Origin: Proteromonas lacertae
Taxonomy: Eukaryota
DNA length: 64,000 nucleotides
Assembly: GCA_002245135.1 (NCBI GenBank)
Contig: NGBS01000293.1
Coordinates: forward strand, 62,001 to 126,000
Direction of reading: 5' to 3'
Shown here: in pieces, positions 24,218-37,401 of the stretch
How the letters are laid out: each line of letters opens with the position of its first letter
Numbering within the stretch: the first letter of the stretch is position 1
Translations under genes and position numbers: made by a program
Notes under the pieces: generated by a model
Database searches by the model: none
The model's input: only the letters and a program-made list of their open reading frames with translations
Told to the model about the DNA's origin: nothing

Positions 24218-25247
24218 TATTTCATTTAATACCCACATTTGGGACATAATCTATTCATTATATTCCTTTCAAACTTAAAACCTCTTCTTATTGCTAGAAA
24301 ATTAAAACAAAATTCTTCATTATCACTAGAATGCGACATATTTTCAATCACATATTCACTCAAATATATTATATTTCCAACTTCCATATATACATTATAT
24401 CCATAATTTGTAATTTCTTTCACTATATCTCTCCAAGTCACATTTGAATCGACTGTTTTCCAATCATTATTAAATTCAAAGTACAAATACTTCACTTTAT
24501 TTTCTTTGAGTAAATTCATTGAATTCTTTAGAATTATTCCATCATAACCTTCAGTGTCAATTTTTATAAAGAATATTTCTTTTATACCATTTTCAATATA
24601 AAAATCATTTAATGTTGTTGTGTTAATATATTCATATACATAATAGTAATCATGTAGTTTTTCTAGAGAAGATCTTTGAAATTCATTATCATTTTCTTTC
24701 CCTATCTGAGTATAAAATGGTTTGTTTATTTCACTTGTATTTGAAACAGCTACATTAAACAACTATTAAGTTATATAATCTATAAATACCTTAACATTTC
24801 CATAGTCTTTCAAACTACACTTTAAGGATTCATAGACAGGTTCAAATGGTTCGAAAGAGTATATTTTAGCATTTGGTATTGCATCAGATACATACTTCGT
24901 GAATTGACCTTGATTTGCTCCAACATCAAACCAAACACGTTCATTACGAGATTGCATATCATATTCAAATATCAATGATGCAAATTTAAATAATACATCA
25001 TTCACCGAAATATCACAACCTTGATATTTGTCTTTCAATAATTCTCGCATAGTGTCAATACTCAAATTGGGTGCCCACTCACCCGATACGTTGTACACAA
25101 TTATTAATAATATACAAAATGCACTATATTTCATAAACGATGTCTCAATTATTAAAATAATATATCCGTTTCATTATTTTTTATTTTCTTTCAACATAAC
25201 TAATTGAATATTTTTAATAAGAATTTTATAAAAGTATTTATGAATTA
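24218..25247 (-). repeat. Inverted segmental duplicate (~1.03 kb) of 5035-6064
   Basis: The reverse complement matches from ~113 bp upstream of the ATG to ~8 bp past the stop. Similarity ends abruptly on both sides. Confidence 0.9.
24226..25134 (-). CDS. FkbM-family SAM methyltransferase, copy B (inverted paralog of 5148-6056)
   Basis: Same length and motifs as copy A, with an identical 27-nt intron at 24763-24789. Confidence 0.88.
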
Positions 25248-25471
25248 GTAAATATAACTATATAAATCTAACTACTACTATAATCTACATCAAAAACGTC
25301 ACTTTTCAATAATTAGATTAATAAACTGTGAAGCATAAAAAATCAATATTTACAGATTTATCAATTTACTAGTTCGTCTAATTTTCTCAACTTCATTAAT
25401 ATGGTGTTCGAAAAATAAGCGGAAAAAAGCGTTTTTTTATTTTATATATTTTTAATTTCAACCACTTTACA

Positions 25472-26138
25472 ATGGATAATCTCGACTTTGAACATTTTAA
25501 AAGCTATATTATGGGAGAACAGGATGGTAAGAACTTGTACAGTCACTTAACAGAATTGTTTATGAAGATTATGACAGAAAAACCCCAGAATGCTTATGAG
25601 CAACTAGAATATTTATCATCAGTTTTAAAACAAGCAAAATATACACCTCCTGTGGAAGAAGAAAAACTAGATCAAGAACCAAAGAATATATCACAAGTAT
25701 ATTTCTGTTATTTAATTCATAAAATAGAAAGAAGCTAGACAAGCATGGGTTAGTAATTTCACACCATTATTCCAAGTATAATTAATTTAATAACAAATTG
25801 TAGAAAAATGTAGTATCAAAACGTCATAGAAAAACAGGAAAAGATAAAGTACAAGATGTATTGCATGATATGGAAGCAATAGCATGGACCGGTGTAGGAT
25901 TAACTTCAGAAGATGCTTTTAGATTGAATCTCTCATTACTCCGTCTATCTACTAAATATGGAGGAGTTACAATACGATTTTTCGGTAAAATATGGGGTAC
26001 AGAAAAAGATTATTACATAGCTGAAGCTCAAGGAATAGAACCAACAGAATATGAAAAAGAACATGAAAAGGACTATGAAAAGAATGGTCCAAACGCATTC
26101 ACATACTTTGTAAGCAATAACAGTATATTAATAAAATT

Positions 26139-26180
<42 letters not shown>

Positions 26181-26954
26181 GGTGATGAATGGATTAGATT
26201 ACCTCAAGTTACACCTAAACAAATAATAGCCGCTAGAAAATTACGAAGATACGTAACTGGTAATTTAGATGCACATGTTGGAGGTCATCCACCATTTCCA
26301 GGTAAAGAAAAGGATTATTTAAGAGCTCAATTAGCCAGAATAGCATCTAGCACAGTAATAATTCCAGATGGAATATTCCAAGCAAATGAAGAAGATCCCT
26401 ATATTGTAGAGAAGGTAGAAGATGAAGAAGCTCAACCACCAGAATTGGAGACTCTACAAGATTTAGGAGGATGGGTTCATTTACAAGGCAAAATTAACGA
26501 ATTAGGTAGAGTATCCCCAGTAAAGATAGTTAATGAAGAAGGTGAAGAAGAAGAAGATCCTGAAGGACCAGAACCTATTGCTCCTTTACGAAGTATCTCT
26601 GAGGAAGAGGGTCAATGGCTAGTTAGATCGTATCCACATGTTGGTACAGGAATAAACCCAACAATGGTTGGTATTAGATGTTTAAGATGGCCTGGCGCTT
26701 ATAGTATAGCTGTTGGAGGTGACTATGTGAATTTATATGTTGGGTATGGTGTGAAAGATATTAAAGATCCTTATAGTCCTGAACCTCCATTGTTGGTAAT
26801 GAAAGAAGCTCCACCTGTGTATGAAGCTGCCGATGTGAAGAAAGATCCTCATGCCAAAGAAGAAGAAGAGGAAGAAGAAGAAAAGGAAGAGGAAGAAGAA
26901 GAGAAAGAGGAGGAAGAAGAAGAGGAAGAAGAAAAGGATGAAGAAGATGAGTAA
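25472..26954 (+). CDS. RSPH4: Flagellar radial spoke head protein 4/6-like (multi-exon)
   Basis: NLYSHLTELFMKIMTEKP, IRFFGKIWGTEKDYYIAE, LPQVTPKQIIAARKLRRYVTGNLDAHV, YLRAQLARI and RCLRWPGAYS motifs, with an acidic tail. Confidence 0.9.
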
Positions 26955-27080
26955 TAGTAATAATAATATATTTTTTATTATATATTTTAATTTGTTGATT
27001 GATGTAAATTGAAAATAGTAGATAATGTCTATCAATATTATTCCCTGTGTTTAAAAATGAGAATAACTATATTATCAAAT

Positions 27081-27094
27081 TATATCCGTTTCAT
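27081..27094. promoter_or_regulatory. Candidate promoter element AAACGGAYAT/ATRTCCGTTT (also 5111-5120, 7965-7974, 17433-17442 and the FkbM duplicate)
   Basis: A 14/14 match between 5108-5121 and the reverse complement of 27081-27094. Each copy lies about 30-75 nt upstream of an ATG. Confidence 0.5.
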
Positions 27095-27132
27095 ATATTT
27101 TCGTTTTTTATATTTTTGTTTATTTTGTTTGA

Positions 27133-27880
27133 ATGCAGACAGCTGAAGTTGTAGATGATCCAGATTATCTTCAAGTACCAAGTGATGATGAAGATGAAAA
27201 AGGGAATGGATATAAAAAAGGTAAAGGTCCAAATTTAGAAGCAGAAGAATTACGTGGGGTAGTAATAAATTTAGAAAATGATGTAGATGCTAATAGATTC
27301 AATAAAAATGAGAAGAAAACTCGAATATTAGAAAGAGAAGTAGATTTAGAAGAAATAGAAAGAAATATAAGAGAATATGAATCCAAACATCCTGAAGAAT
27401 TTGGTGAGAATGGTATATAATATATAAATCCATCTAACTAATGCTTAGAAGAAAAAGTGGTTCGTGTTGATCGTGTAGGAAGACCAATTAAAAAATTAAA
27501 AGTAAAAGGTATGATAGAATTTAAAAAAAGAGAAGGTGAAGTAAAAGATGTGATATGTTATCCCAAAAGTGGAAAGATTAAAAAAAGGTATGTATATGTA
27601 TGGGGAGATGGTAGAGAAGGTAGATTAGGGATGGGACATCAAACAAGTTATGAATTTGCAACATTAAATCCAAACTTTGATAAAATTGACATAGATTCAG
27701 TAGTTGTTGGACCAAATCATTCAATCATAATTACAGGTATTTATTTTTATATATTTATATATTATTATTATGTATATAAATATATATAGGTGATGGAAAT
27801 GTATTTTCATTTGGTCAAAATGATAGTGGACAGATTGGAATAGGATCTACTAATAAAAAACAAATATTATTTCCTACACG

Positions 27881-27911
<31 letters not shown>

Positions 27912-28613
27912 GCTGTAAAAGGTTTACAACCAGGAATAATTGTATGTAGTTCAGCTGGTGAAGATTCTTCATTTTTTGTGATGGGAAAACCATCCAAACA
28001 GATGTTAGACACTTTGAGAATTCATAAACTTGATTTAGCAATGTATATATATTGATAATAATATGTTTTATAGAATTGAAAGAGAAATCAACAAAAGACT
28101 TGATCCAGGACCATTACAAAGATTTCAAAGAGATTCAAATAGAAATATTAAAATACTGAATGAAAAAATTGAAAAAATTCAAAAATGTATATTATTATTA
28201 ATTATTATTATTATTATTATGTAATAGTAAATGGAAGATTATATGTATGTGGTTATAGTGGACAAGGAAGACTTGGCATTCCAATAGATGAAACTGTATT
28301 AGAACCATTATTTCCAGCTAAAACTCACAAGGAAGAAGAATTAAGAAAGAAATTAATCTTACCAAGTAATATAACAAGATCAATTGGTTGGATATTACCA
28401 AAACCTCCTCCAAAAGTGAAATTAACTGCTTCTTTATATAATTCCAATATTAGTAAAATACAAAGTAGCACAATTACTGATAATAATAAAGATAATCAAC
28501 CAGATTCATCACCAAATGCGAATAATATTCCAACTTCAATAATATTTCCTAATAGTACAAGTAAACCATCTTCACCTGAAATATTCAAAGTAAATAGTAA
28601 TACTACTTATGAA

Positions 28614-28651
<38 letters not shown>

Positions 28652-30633
28652 AATTTCTCCATCAGGAAACACTTCTAATTTACCAAATCAGCTTTTATTA
28701 ACAGTTAATAAACCAAGAATACAATCACCATTAGTTCCAAAACAATTAGTTTTTGAGCAAAAAGAAAAAGATGAGAATGATAATGTTCCAGAACCACAGA
28801 TACTGACAGATAAAGATAATGTACAATCTGAAGTATTGATAATAGAACAAGGAGATGAAGAAGGTAAAAATAATAATGATAATCAAACAAAAACAGATAA
28901 CAAAAAACCAACAGATGGAAATGAAGAAGAATCATTTGATCCTAACAAACCAATGTCAACTCTAATAGAATCAAATACCAATACACCAATATCCCCTAAT
29001 ACAAATGAAGTAATAATTGCAACACCATTATCACCAAAAGGAATTCGTGTATTATCTCCATCTCAAGAACCACCACCAACACAGAATAATAACAACAAGT
29101 TGAATAATATAAACAATAATAGTAATAATAATAGTGCCATTGTATATCCAGTTGAATCATTTCAATCTGTTAATTCATTTACTAGATTGTGTAGTCCAGA
29201 TGGAAATCATGCAATGTCCTATCCAGCAGGAGCAACATCTTCTATCTTACAACATAATAAATCTGATGAAAAACCTGATGATGTTTATGTTGAAACTGAT
29301 CCTTATGATCATCATAAACTTATTAAAGTATACTACTCTTATTAATATTATTATTTTTATTATAGAATCGATTTGTACCATATCCTGTGGTTGGTTTAAA
29401 ATCTAGAGTCGTTACACGTGTAGCAGCTGGTACAAGTCATGCAATTTGTCAAACTGATCGTAGAGAGATATATGTGTGGGGAAGTAATAAATATGGTCAA
29501 TTAGGTTTATGTCATTATAATAATATGACTACTCCTGTTCATTTAGATTCATTCAAAGGTTATCATATAACTTTGTATAAAGTATATGCTGGATTTGATC
29601 AAACTGCTATTTTAGGATGTATATATATATATATACTTTGTTATTATAATTCAATTTTTAGGCAGAGATAAGAATGGTGGTGAAGTTGCTGAGAATGTGT
29701 TGTATATGTGGGGAAGAAATGATTTGTATAATGATTTTATTAATTTATTTATTAGTTGCCAGTTAGGTTTAGGTCATGACGAATCAGTCAATATTCCAAC
29801 AGAAGTGACAGTTTTAACCAAGAAACCAGTGATGAATATATCAATGGGTAAATGTCACACATTAGCAATAATAGCTCCACGATTAGTAAATCCACCAAAA
29901 TGTAATTGGCTTGAGTATAAAGTTTTTTTTTAATATTTATTTTGACAATAGAGCTCGAGCTGATGTTTATGCTTGGGGAGATAATCGATTTGGACAATGT
30001 GGAACAGGATCTGAAGAGACAAGATATGCAGTTCCAACAAAAATACCATTTTTTAAAACTAAATCAAATATTACATCCCTTGAAGCTAGTGATTACACAT
30101 CTTGTGCTGTTGTTAATCAAAAAGCATATGTATGGGGAGCTTGGTATAATAGTGGTCAAAAGATGAGGAGATACAGACTTGAACCTGAGATGATTGAAGA
30201 TTTAAAGAAAGAAAATGTAGTGATTTTGAAAATGAGTACTAGACATTCAATAGCTGTATGTGAGAAGGAAGTAGATAAAGTTTTCCCAAAAGATAGTTCA
30301 AAATGGTTAAATCAATATCAAAATGATCGTATATATTAGATGTTATATATATCAATTTAGCAAATTGTGGTTCAATATTTTGTTTTAAAGTGAAACAGAA
30401 ATATATCGTTCCATTTGGAATTCATTTTTCATGTGCTACTTGTCATTTAGAGTATATATGTGAAAGATGTGCAAGATTTTGTCATCAGTATATTTTTTTT
30501 ACTTATTTATTGAAATAGTGGTCATAAAATATATCAAAATAAATGCCTTATTCCAAGAATATGCTACTGTGGAATTGAATCCAGCTGTATGCTGATAGTC
30601 AGTAAATCTAAAACAGAACTACTAGCTAGTTAA
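27133..30633 (+). CDS. RCC1/BLIP-II repeat protein with a long N/P/S-rich insertion and a C-terminal UBR-box-like zinc finger (multi-exon)
   Basis: Repeats VYVWGDGREGRLG, IYVWGSNKYGQLG and VYAWGDNRFGQCG. The last two exons splice to CATCHLEYICERCARFCHHGHKI...ICYCG; TAA at 30631-30633. Confidence 0.8.
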
Positions 30634-30737
30634 TGAATATCTTTTATTTACATATATATTTAGATATTTTGGTTGTATTTCCCTATTAAAGTCACAAATT
30701 TTCAATTTTTTAAACACTAGCAGATCATATAATATTA

Positions 30738-31365
30738 TTAGCATTTATAATTATCTTCTGGTTCTCTTAGCCAGTTCCACAAACTATCAATGAACCAATC
30801 TAAATTAACAACTAATTTGTTGTGTATCTTCCCTTGAGCTGCCTTATTAGTCAAACCATTTTTACCAACTATAACATGTGTTATAATATCTTTATTATAT
30901 TCATCATAGCATTTTGCACCATAATTTTCAGCATCTATCCATAAAGGATGTAGACGACTATCAGAACTCTTTTGGATAACACCAGTAAATATCAAATTAC
31001 AACCTTCCAATATTGTTTTTCTATACTCTTTCATTACATCTCTCACATCACGAATCTATACATATATATATAATCACAATATATGTATACATTATTACTA
31101 ACAATTGAAGATGTTGCTATACTACTAATAGCATGTGCTTTATCAGATATTGTTATTAAAGTGTTTGTTATATTTTTAATATAATTCTCTTCCCATATTT
31201 CATCTTTCAAATCAGTTTTCTTTGAACTATCTATATATCTATTGAAATAATCATATGGTTTGATTTTAAATATATTAAACTGAGGATCTAAGCCAGACTT
31301 ATTTTCTACCCATACATCTGTTCTATCATCTAAAATTATCTATAAATAAAAAGTTAAAACAACAA

Positions 31366-31404
<39 letters not shown>

Positions 31405-34307
31405 TACAAGTAGCTAATTGTTCAGTTGAGAAATGTTTATAATATCTACTTTTATTCTTCACTGTATCTATTAATGTTTCAAATGACTTTTTGTCATTAT
31501 TCTTTTCTTGAATTATTCCTTCTCTAGTTATAATTCTACGTTCAAATAATGAACTATTCACAATATTTATATATAAATATACTGATTTGGATCTATAATA
31601 TTCACCACTTCTTCTACATATTCCTTTAAACCTTGAGAGTAGATATACAACTCATAATAATGACTTAGCTGTTGAAGCATTTCTACAACACCAGGACGAA
31701 ATTTTACAAATCTTGTATAATGATAATGTTTATTAATTTTTAAATCTTTTCCTCTTATGATTAATTTGTGAATATCATTTTCTGGCGGTTTATTATCAGT
31801 CTATTATTAATAAATATATTAATGTATATATTTATACAAATGTTTTATAAATATCATCTCCAATTGCTTCTAATAGAGTAAAATCAATATCAACAATCAA
31901 TATTAAAGGATCCTATTTATATAATAAAAACATAATAATACTTTTAATGATTCAATTTCTTGTTCTAATCCTTGTTCATAATAACTACTTGCTGCATTCA
32001 ATTCATAATGAGGTGAATATGAGAAATCATCATCACTATCTCCTTCTAGATCACTATCATCCAACTCTACTTCAAATTCATCATCTATTAAATAAGTTGT
32101 TTTACTTTTAGTTTCAGTTTCTTTAGTGTTAGTATTATCTGTTATTTGTCTTGCTGGTGGTGGTTGGTTAATATTATTGTTATATTCAATTCTTTTTTCT
32201 TCTTTTTCTTCTTTTATATTATCATCATCATTGTTTATCATTAATTCACCTCTATTGTCTATAATAGAGTTTTGAGGATATTGTTGAGGTGGTGGATGTT
32301 GATAATTATATTGTGATTGCTGTGGTTGTTGTTGTTGTTGTTGTTTTTCAATTTGTGGTATAATATTTGGTAAAGCTTGAGGTTGGACTTGAGGATTATT
32401 ATTAGCTGTTGGTATAAACACAGCATTTAAATCATATAAATAGTGATTATATTGAGAATCATTCTGTTGAGAATATATATGAGGTGGAGGAATATGATTA
32501 TTATTATTGTTATTATGAAATTGATATTTCTCATTCATTGCTATTGAAGGAAGAGATGGTGATGGTGGTGTTAGACTATTCATCATTTGATTACGCATTT
32601 GAGATTGAGGATGAATACTTTGTTGTTGTTGTTGTTGTGGTGGTGGTGGTGGTATGAAATGAATTGGATTTTGTGTTTCATCATACGGTTGAGATGTAGG
32701 ATTTGGATATTGTTGTTGCATTTGTTGTTGTTGCTGTTGTATATTCTCTTGTTTTTCTTCTTTATTTGTTTCTATTTCTTGTTGTTGTTGTTGCTGTGGC
32801 TGTTGAGCTAATTGATTGTTATAAGGTATAGATGATGTCTCAATCATTTTCTTTTCGTTTCTATTAAGATCAAATTGTTCTTCACCATTAATTAAAGCAA
32901 CCCAATATTCCCATATATTAACAAATGAATTATAAATATATCTTTCCAACTGACATGCTAAATATGCAGTAATTGGCTTATTATCTTCAAGTGCATTTAA
33001 AAACTCATTTACTCCTTTGTATGGTAAAACAGCTGAAAATTTTCCATTTGCATTTCTAAATACATCTTCTGAAGCTATATTATAGGCATCTGTAGTATCA
33101 ATAGCAAGTCCTTGACCAAATATTGTTATTTCAGAACTTGTTTTTACTGTGATTGTAACCATTGTATATAATTGTCTATATATATATTTACTAATATATA
33201 CTTAGGATCTAATTTATGATAATATTCATTGTATTGATAACCATTATTATCTGCAACTCTACATAGATAATATATAATAACAATTATTCATACTCTCTAA
33301 CTAACATTAAAGGCATTTTTTCATTCAACTCTTCATTCTTAAATCTTATCTTTTTTCTCGTCATTTCACTGCCAACCATATCTATTAATGATTTCTTATT
33401 GTTTGATGTATAATTCTCTACAATGAGAGGAAATCTGCCTACATCTCTTACATAAATCAAATCACAAAAGTCACTTAAGCCAAGTGTCCTTTTAGCAGCG
33501 TGATTCAAATCAAATAATAATAAAATACAAGGTTTAAATCTATTAACTACTTCATGAATTCTTTTTTTAATTTCAGAAAACATTATTTCAAGGGAGGAAG
33601 GAGGTGGAGCATAATTAATTATATGATGTTCTACAAAACATCCTGAATTTCGAAATTCTATATAGTTTTATAAACGTTTAAAAGAATATTTTAAAAATAC
33701 TAGTTACAATATTATCCATTAAAATATAATCATTTTTATCAGTAATTACAATATGTAGTATTTGACCAAGTTCGTAATATTCCACATACAAAGATAATAC
33801 TTCTGTTATATTACTAATTAATTAATTAAAAATATTAAAATACTGATTATATATATTTTTTTCACAATTTTCTAAAGATTTAACCCACTCAAGCCAAAAA
33901 GCTTTGGTAAGCGGACGGTCAGATCGAATATAATCGTATGGACTATTTAACAATTCAGGAAAACCATTTATAGGTTTTGAATTTTCAAGAGGAAATGAAA
34001 ATGGAGGAATATCCTCAATATTTATATTATTGTATGTATTTATTTTGTTATTAGAGGAGCCAAACTTCCTATTATTAGTTTTGGGTCTATTTAACCTAAA
34101 GTTGAAATTATTATCTCTTGAATATTTATTTGGATATATTTTATTATAACTACTAGTTTTATTATTAAATTTAGGTCTCTTAGAAGATTTATTATTATAA
34201 CTATCTCTACGTTTTATCGCTCTATAACTATTTTCATTGCTATCTACATTTTGCTTAATATTAACTATTATTTCTCCCTCTTCTAAATCATTTGGGGATG
34301 TAGCCAT
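30738..34307 (-). CDS. FCP1: RNA polymerase II CTD phosphatase FCP1/CPL3-like (multi-exon)
   Basis: The spliced exon after 31913 gives LILIVDIDFTLLEA (DxDxT motif), then FVKFRPGV and ILDDRTDVW. A C-terminal BRCT domain (LEGCNLIFTG...THVIV...VNLDWFIDS) and a long Q/P-rich N-terminal region are present. Confidence 0.85.
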
Positions 34308-34494
34308 TTTTAATTAAGAAGATAACTAAACATACAAAATTACATTTAATTTTGATTATTAAGGGTTCTTAATAACTATACATTTTTGATACTTTATTTT
34401 TGAAAATATGATTTATAATTGCTTAATAAATTTAAAGGTAGTTAGACTCAGTAAAATGATTTCTTTCCAAATAAACGATAATAATGAGTAAAAG

Positions 34495-35064
34495 GTGGTT
34501 ATACACAATTTTTCCAAACAACCTCCACCTAACACTTCCAAAAGAAAACGATTTTATTGTAAAATAACTCAGGAACAACTTAATATATTGAAGAATTTAT
34601 ATTCCATACATGTTGTTCATTCCAAGAGGGGCAATTCCCAACTTACTGTAATAGCTAGTATGGCTGATGTTGGGATGTTATATAATTTAGTTATCTATGG
34701 TTCTAATTCATCGGAAATATTCAATTCATACCTAAAGTCTTTGGTTAATTATATTCAGCCATTGTCACCTTGTATAATATTCATGGATAACGCTTCTATC
34801 CACCATAATCCTGAATCTATTATAAATAAATCAAGGAATATATTATACTACAATGTAGTATATAGTCCTGAATTAAATCCAATAGAAGAGATATTTTCCC
34901 TTTGGAAAACAAGATCGGAAATTAGCTGTTTTGAAGGAAGAGAAACAATATTACAGAAAGTAACTGATGCTTTTATAACTATTAAAACTAGTGAATGTTT
35001 CAGAACTATAAACAATATAATAAGAAAGAAATACCTTGAAATACTACAACTTGCAGATGAGTGA
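34495..35064 (+). mobile_element. Tc1/mariner-IS630 DDE_3 transposase fragment
   Basis: IIFMDNASIHH and YSPELNPIEEIFSLWK are the D and E motifs of DDE_3. No N-terminal HTH or first catalytic D is visible, and I found no clear TIRs. Confidence 0.8.
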
Positions 35065-35249
35065 ATGTAATTACTCTCTTTACCTTTTATATTCTTTTAT
35101 TTTGTTTATATATTCTTTTTTAATCTAAAGTACAACAAATTAACTATATCATTTAATTGATAATATATTTGCATTTAATAAGCTCTAAAAAGTATATATA
35201 TATATATATAAAATACACACAAAAAAAATAACCAACTCTTTTATAACCT

Positions 35250-35900
35250 ATTAAACAACTTCAGAAAAAAAGGAACATTCAAACAGCTCGAGGATCGAAT
35301 TATTTTTTTTAGATTAGGAAATTTAGTTGTTGATAAATCCAAAACATCTTTTATTGTTGACTTAACCACATCAGCTGGTTTATTTTCATTATCATCTATA
35401 ATATCATTATCTATTTCTATATCGCTAGGATAATTAAAATTAATATTGTAATTTGTTGCTCTTGCTGTAGATATAAAAAAGGATTTGAATACCTAATTTG
35501 CCATTAATTCTTCTACCTTAATGTTTATATTATATATAATATTTACATAAAGCATGCGACTACAGGGAATACCAGTAAATTCTCTATAGTTACATGAACA
35601 GAATAACAATCCATTAGTGGTATGAATTTCATAACAATCATCAGAGGTAAGTATCGTGTAAAAGTTGTTATCATAGGTTGAAGAATAATTTTCTGTTATT
35701 AATAAGTTTAGTTGTTTGTTAAATTTCTTAGCACATTCTTTCCATAACAATTGAGCATCTGCTCAAAATGCAACTTTCCCAGTAATAGTGATTGAAAATA
35801 TTATCATCAAATAAAAACCTTTCCAAAGATGTTAGAGTTATATTAGTTCGAGTTGTAAAGGTTTGACTATATTATGTTATGGGATCATTTTATATGTCAT
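35250..35900 (-). pseudogene. Degenerate Mutator/MULE-like transposase relic (SWIM zinc finger)
   Basis: CSCNYREFTGIPCSRM fits the SWIM CxCxnCxH pattern with H replaced by R. The flanking frames are broken by stops. Boundaries are approximate. Confidence 0.6.
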
Positions 35901-36175
35901 TATAATTAAGATATTATCATACTATTTTTTTCCCATTTATTATTCATTATTATCTTACTTTGTCATTTAAACTGTTGATTATAAATTATTGTTATATTTT
36001 ATGGATAATTAGCTCCTTTCACTTCATTAATAACCACAATCTAAAAATCATTAAAAAAATCATCAAAAAAAAGATTCAGATCAGATCGTGACCCGAATCA
36101 TCTATTTTTATTCTTTTCTTCTTCAATTCAAAAGTATTTATTATTATTTATGTAAATTATTGTTACATTTAATAG

Positions 36176-37360
36176 ATGGAGTGCAATATGCTACTTAAAG
36201 AGGATGGAAGTCCCCCACATGATGATTTGATAATTATTCCAGTTGGCTCTACATTAACCTTTCGAATAGATCCAAGTAACAAAATTATTGGAAAATTTGT
36301 AATTTATTGTAATGCCCCTGCAAGTGCCACTGATACTTTTGATCGTAAAGAGTTCAGAGAGTTACCATCGTTATACAGTACATATGGTCAATTTCAAGCA
36401 TCTCTTACTTTATTTCATCCTGGCCCTTATACATTTAAAGTAAATGTAGTTTCTTGGTATTTAGAATATAAGATTATATTATTTTTGAATAGGACAACTA
36501 ATCAAATAATCAAAACAAAAGTAGGTCATTTCTTAGTTCCTCCAAATGTATGAAAATAATTTCAAATTGGTATAATCTGTATAGTTATCTGTAAATGGAG
36601 AAGCGTTACCATTCAATTCAATTGCTTTACAAAGTGTATTATCAATCTGTTTAGGTCCATCTCAAAATTGGTTAAAAGTATTGAAATCTTCAAGTGATGC
36701 TAATTATAACTTCATTCATTTTACTCCATTGCAAACAACAGGTATAAGTGGAAGTTGTTACAGTCTCTATGACCATTGTGAATTATCAGGTGAAATATTT
36801 AATCACATTAAGCAACAAGATTATCAATCTCACGAAGAATGGGAAAACGCCAAGCAGAGTTATTTACAAAGTATAGTGCAGCATATGGAGAAAGATTATA
36901 AGATGTTATCGATGGTAGATATTGTATTGAACCATGTTAGTCAGAATTCACCTCATTTACCTTTACATAAGGATATGTCTTATAATTTAGAGAATTCACC
37001 ACATGTATAGATTATAATATATATACGATATTGTCAAATTTTTGTTCTAGTTGATTTCATTTTTCTAAATCTCTTATGTTATATTCTTCTATTCTTCTTC
37101 TTCTTTATTTTATTATTATTATTTTTGTATAGTTGGAAGCTGCAATTGAACTCCACAAAATCTTATTAGATTATTCCAATCAAGTATCATCCAACAAAGT
37201 AGAAGGTGTTTCTCCAGCTATAAAGAATGATGATGATGTGAATAATGTATTAAATACATTTAAGAATAAATATTTACCAAAAGCAGCATTATGGGAATAT
37301 TTAGTAATTGATGTTGAAAAAGTGATTGAACAATATAAAGTTCAAATTAAAAAGAGTATA

Positions 37361-37401
<41 letters not shown>

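Noticed and set aside
34356..34376. Small inverted repeat TTATTAAG...CTTAATAA as a transposon end
   Set aside because: It is short and AT-rich, and I found no matching TIR on the other side of the DDE ORF.
37005..37132. 128-nt AGL intron as a twintron or microexon host
   Set aside because: Using the internal AG at ~37050 leads to an in-frame stop, and no snoRNA boxes are evident.
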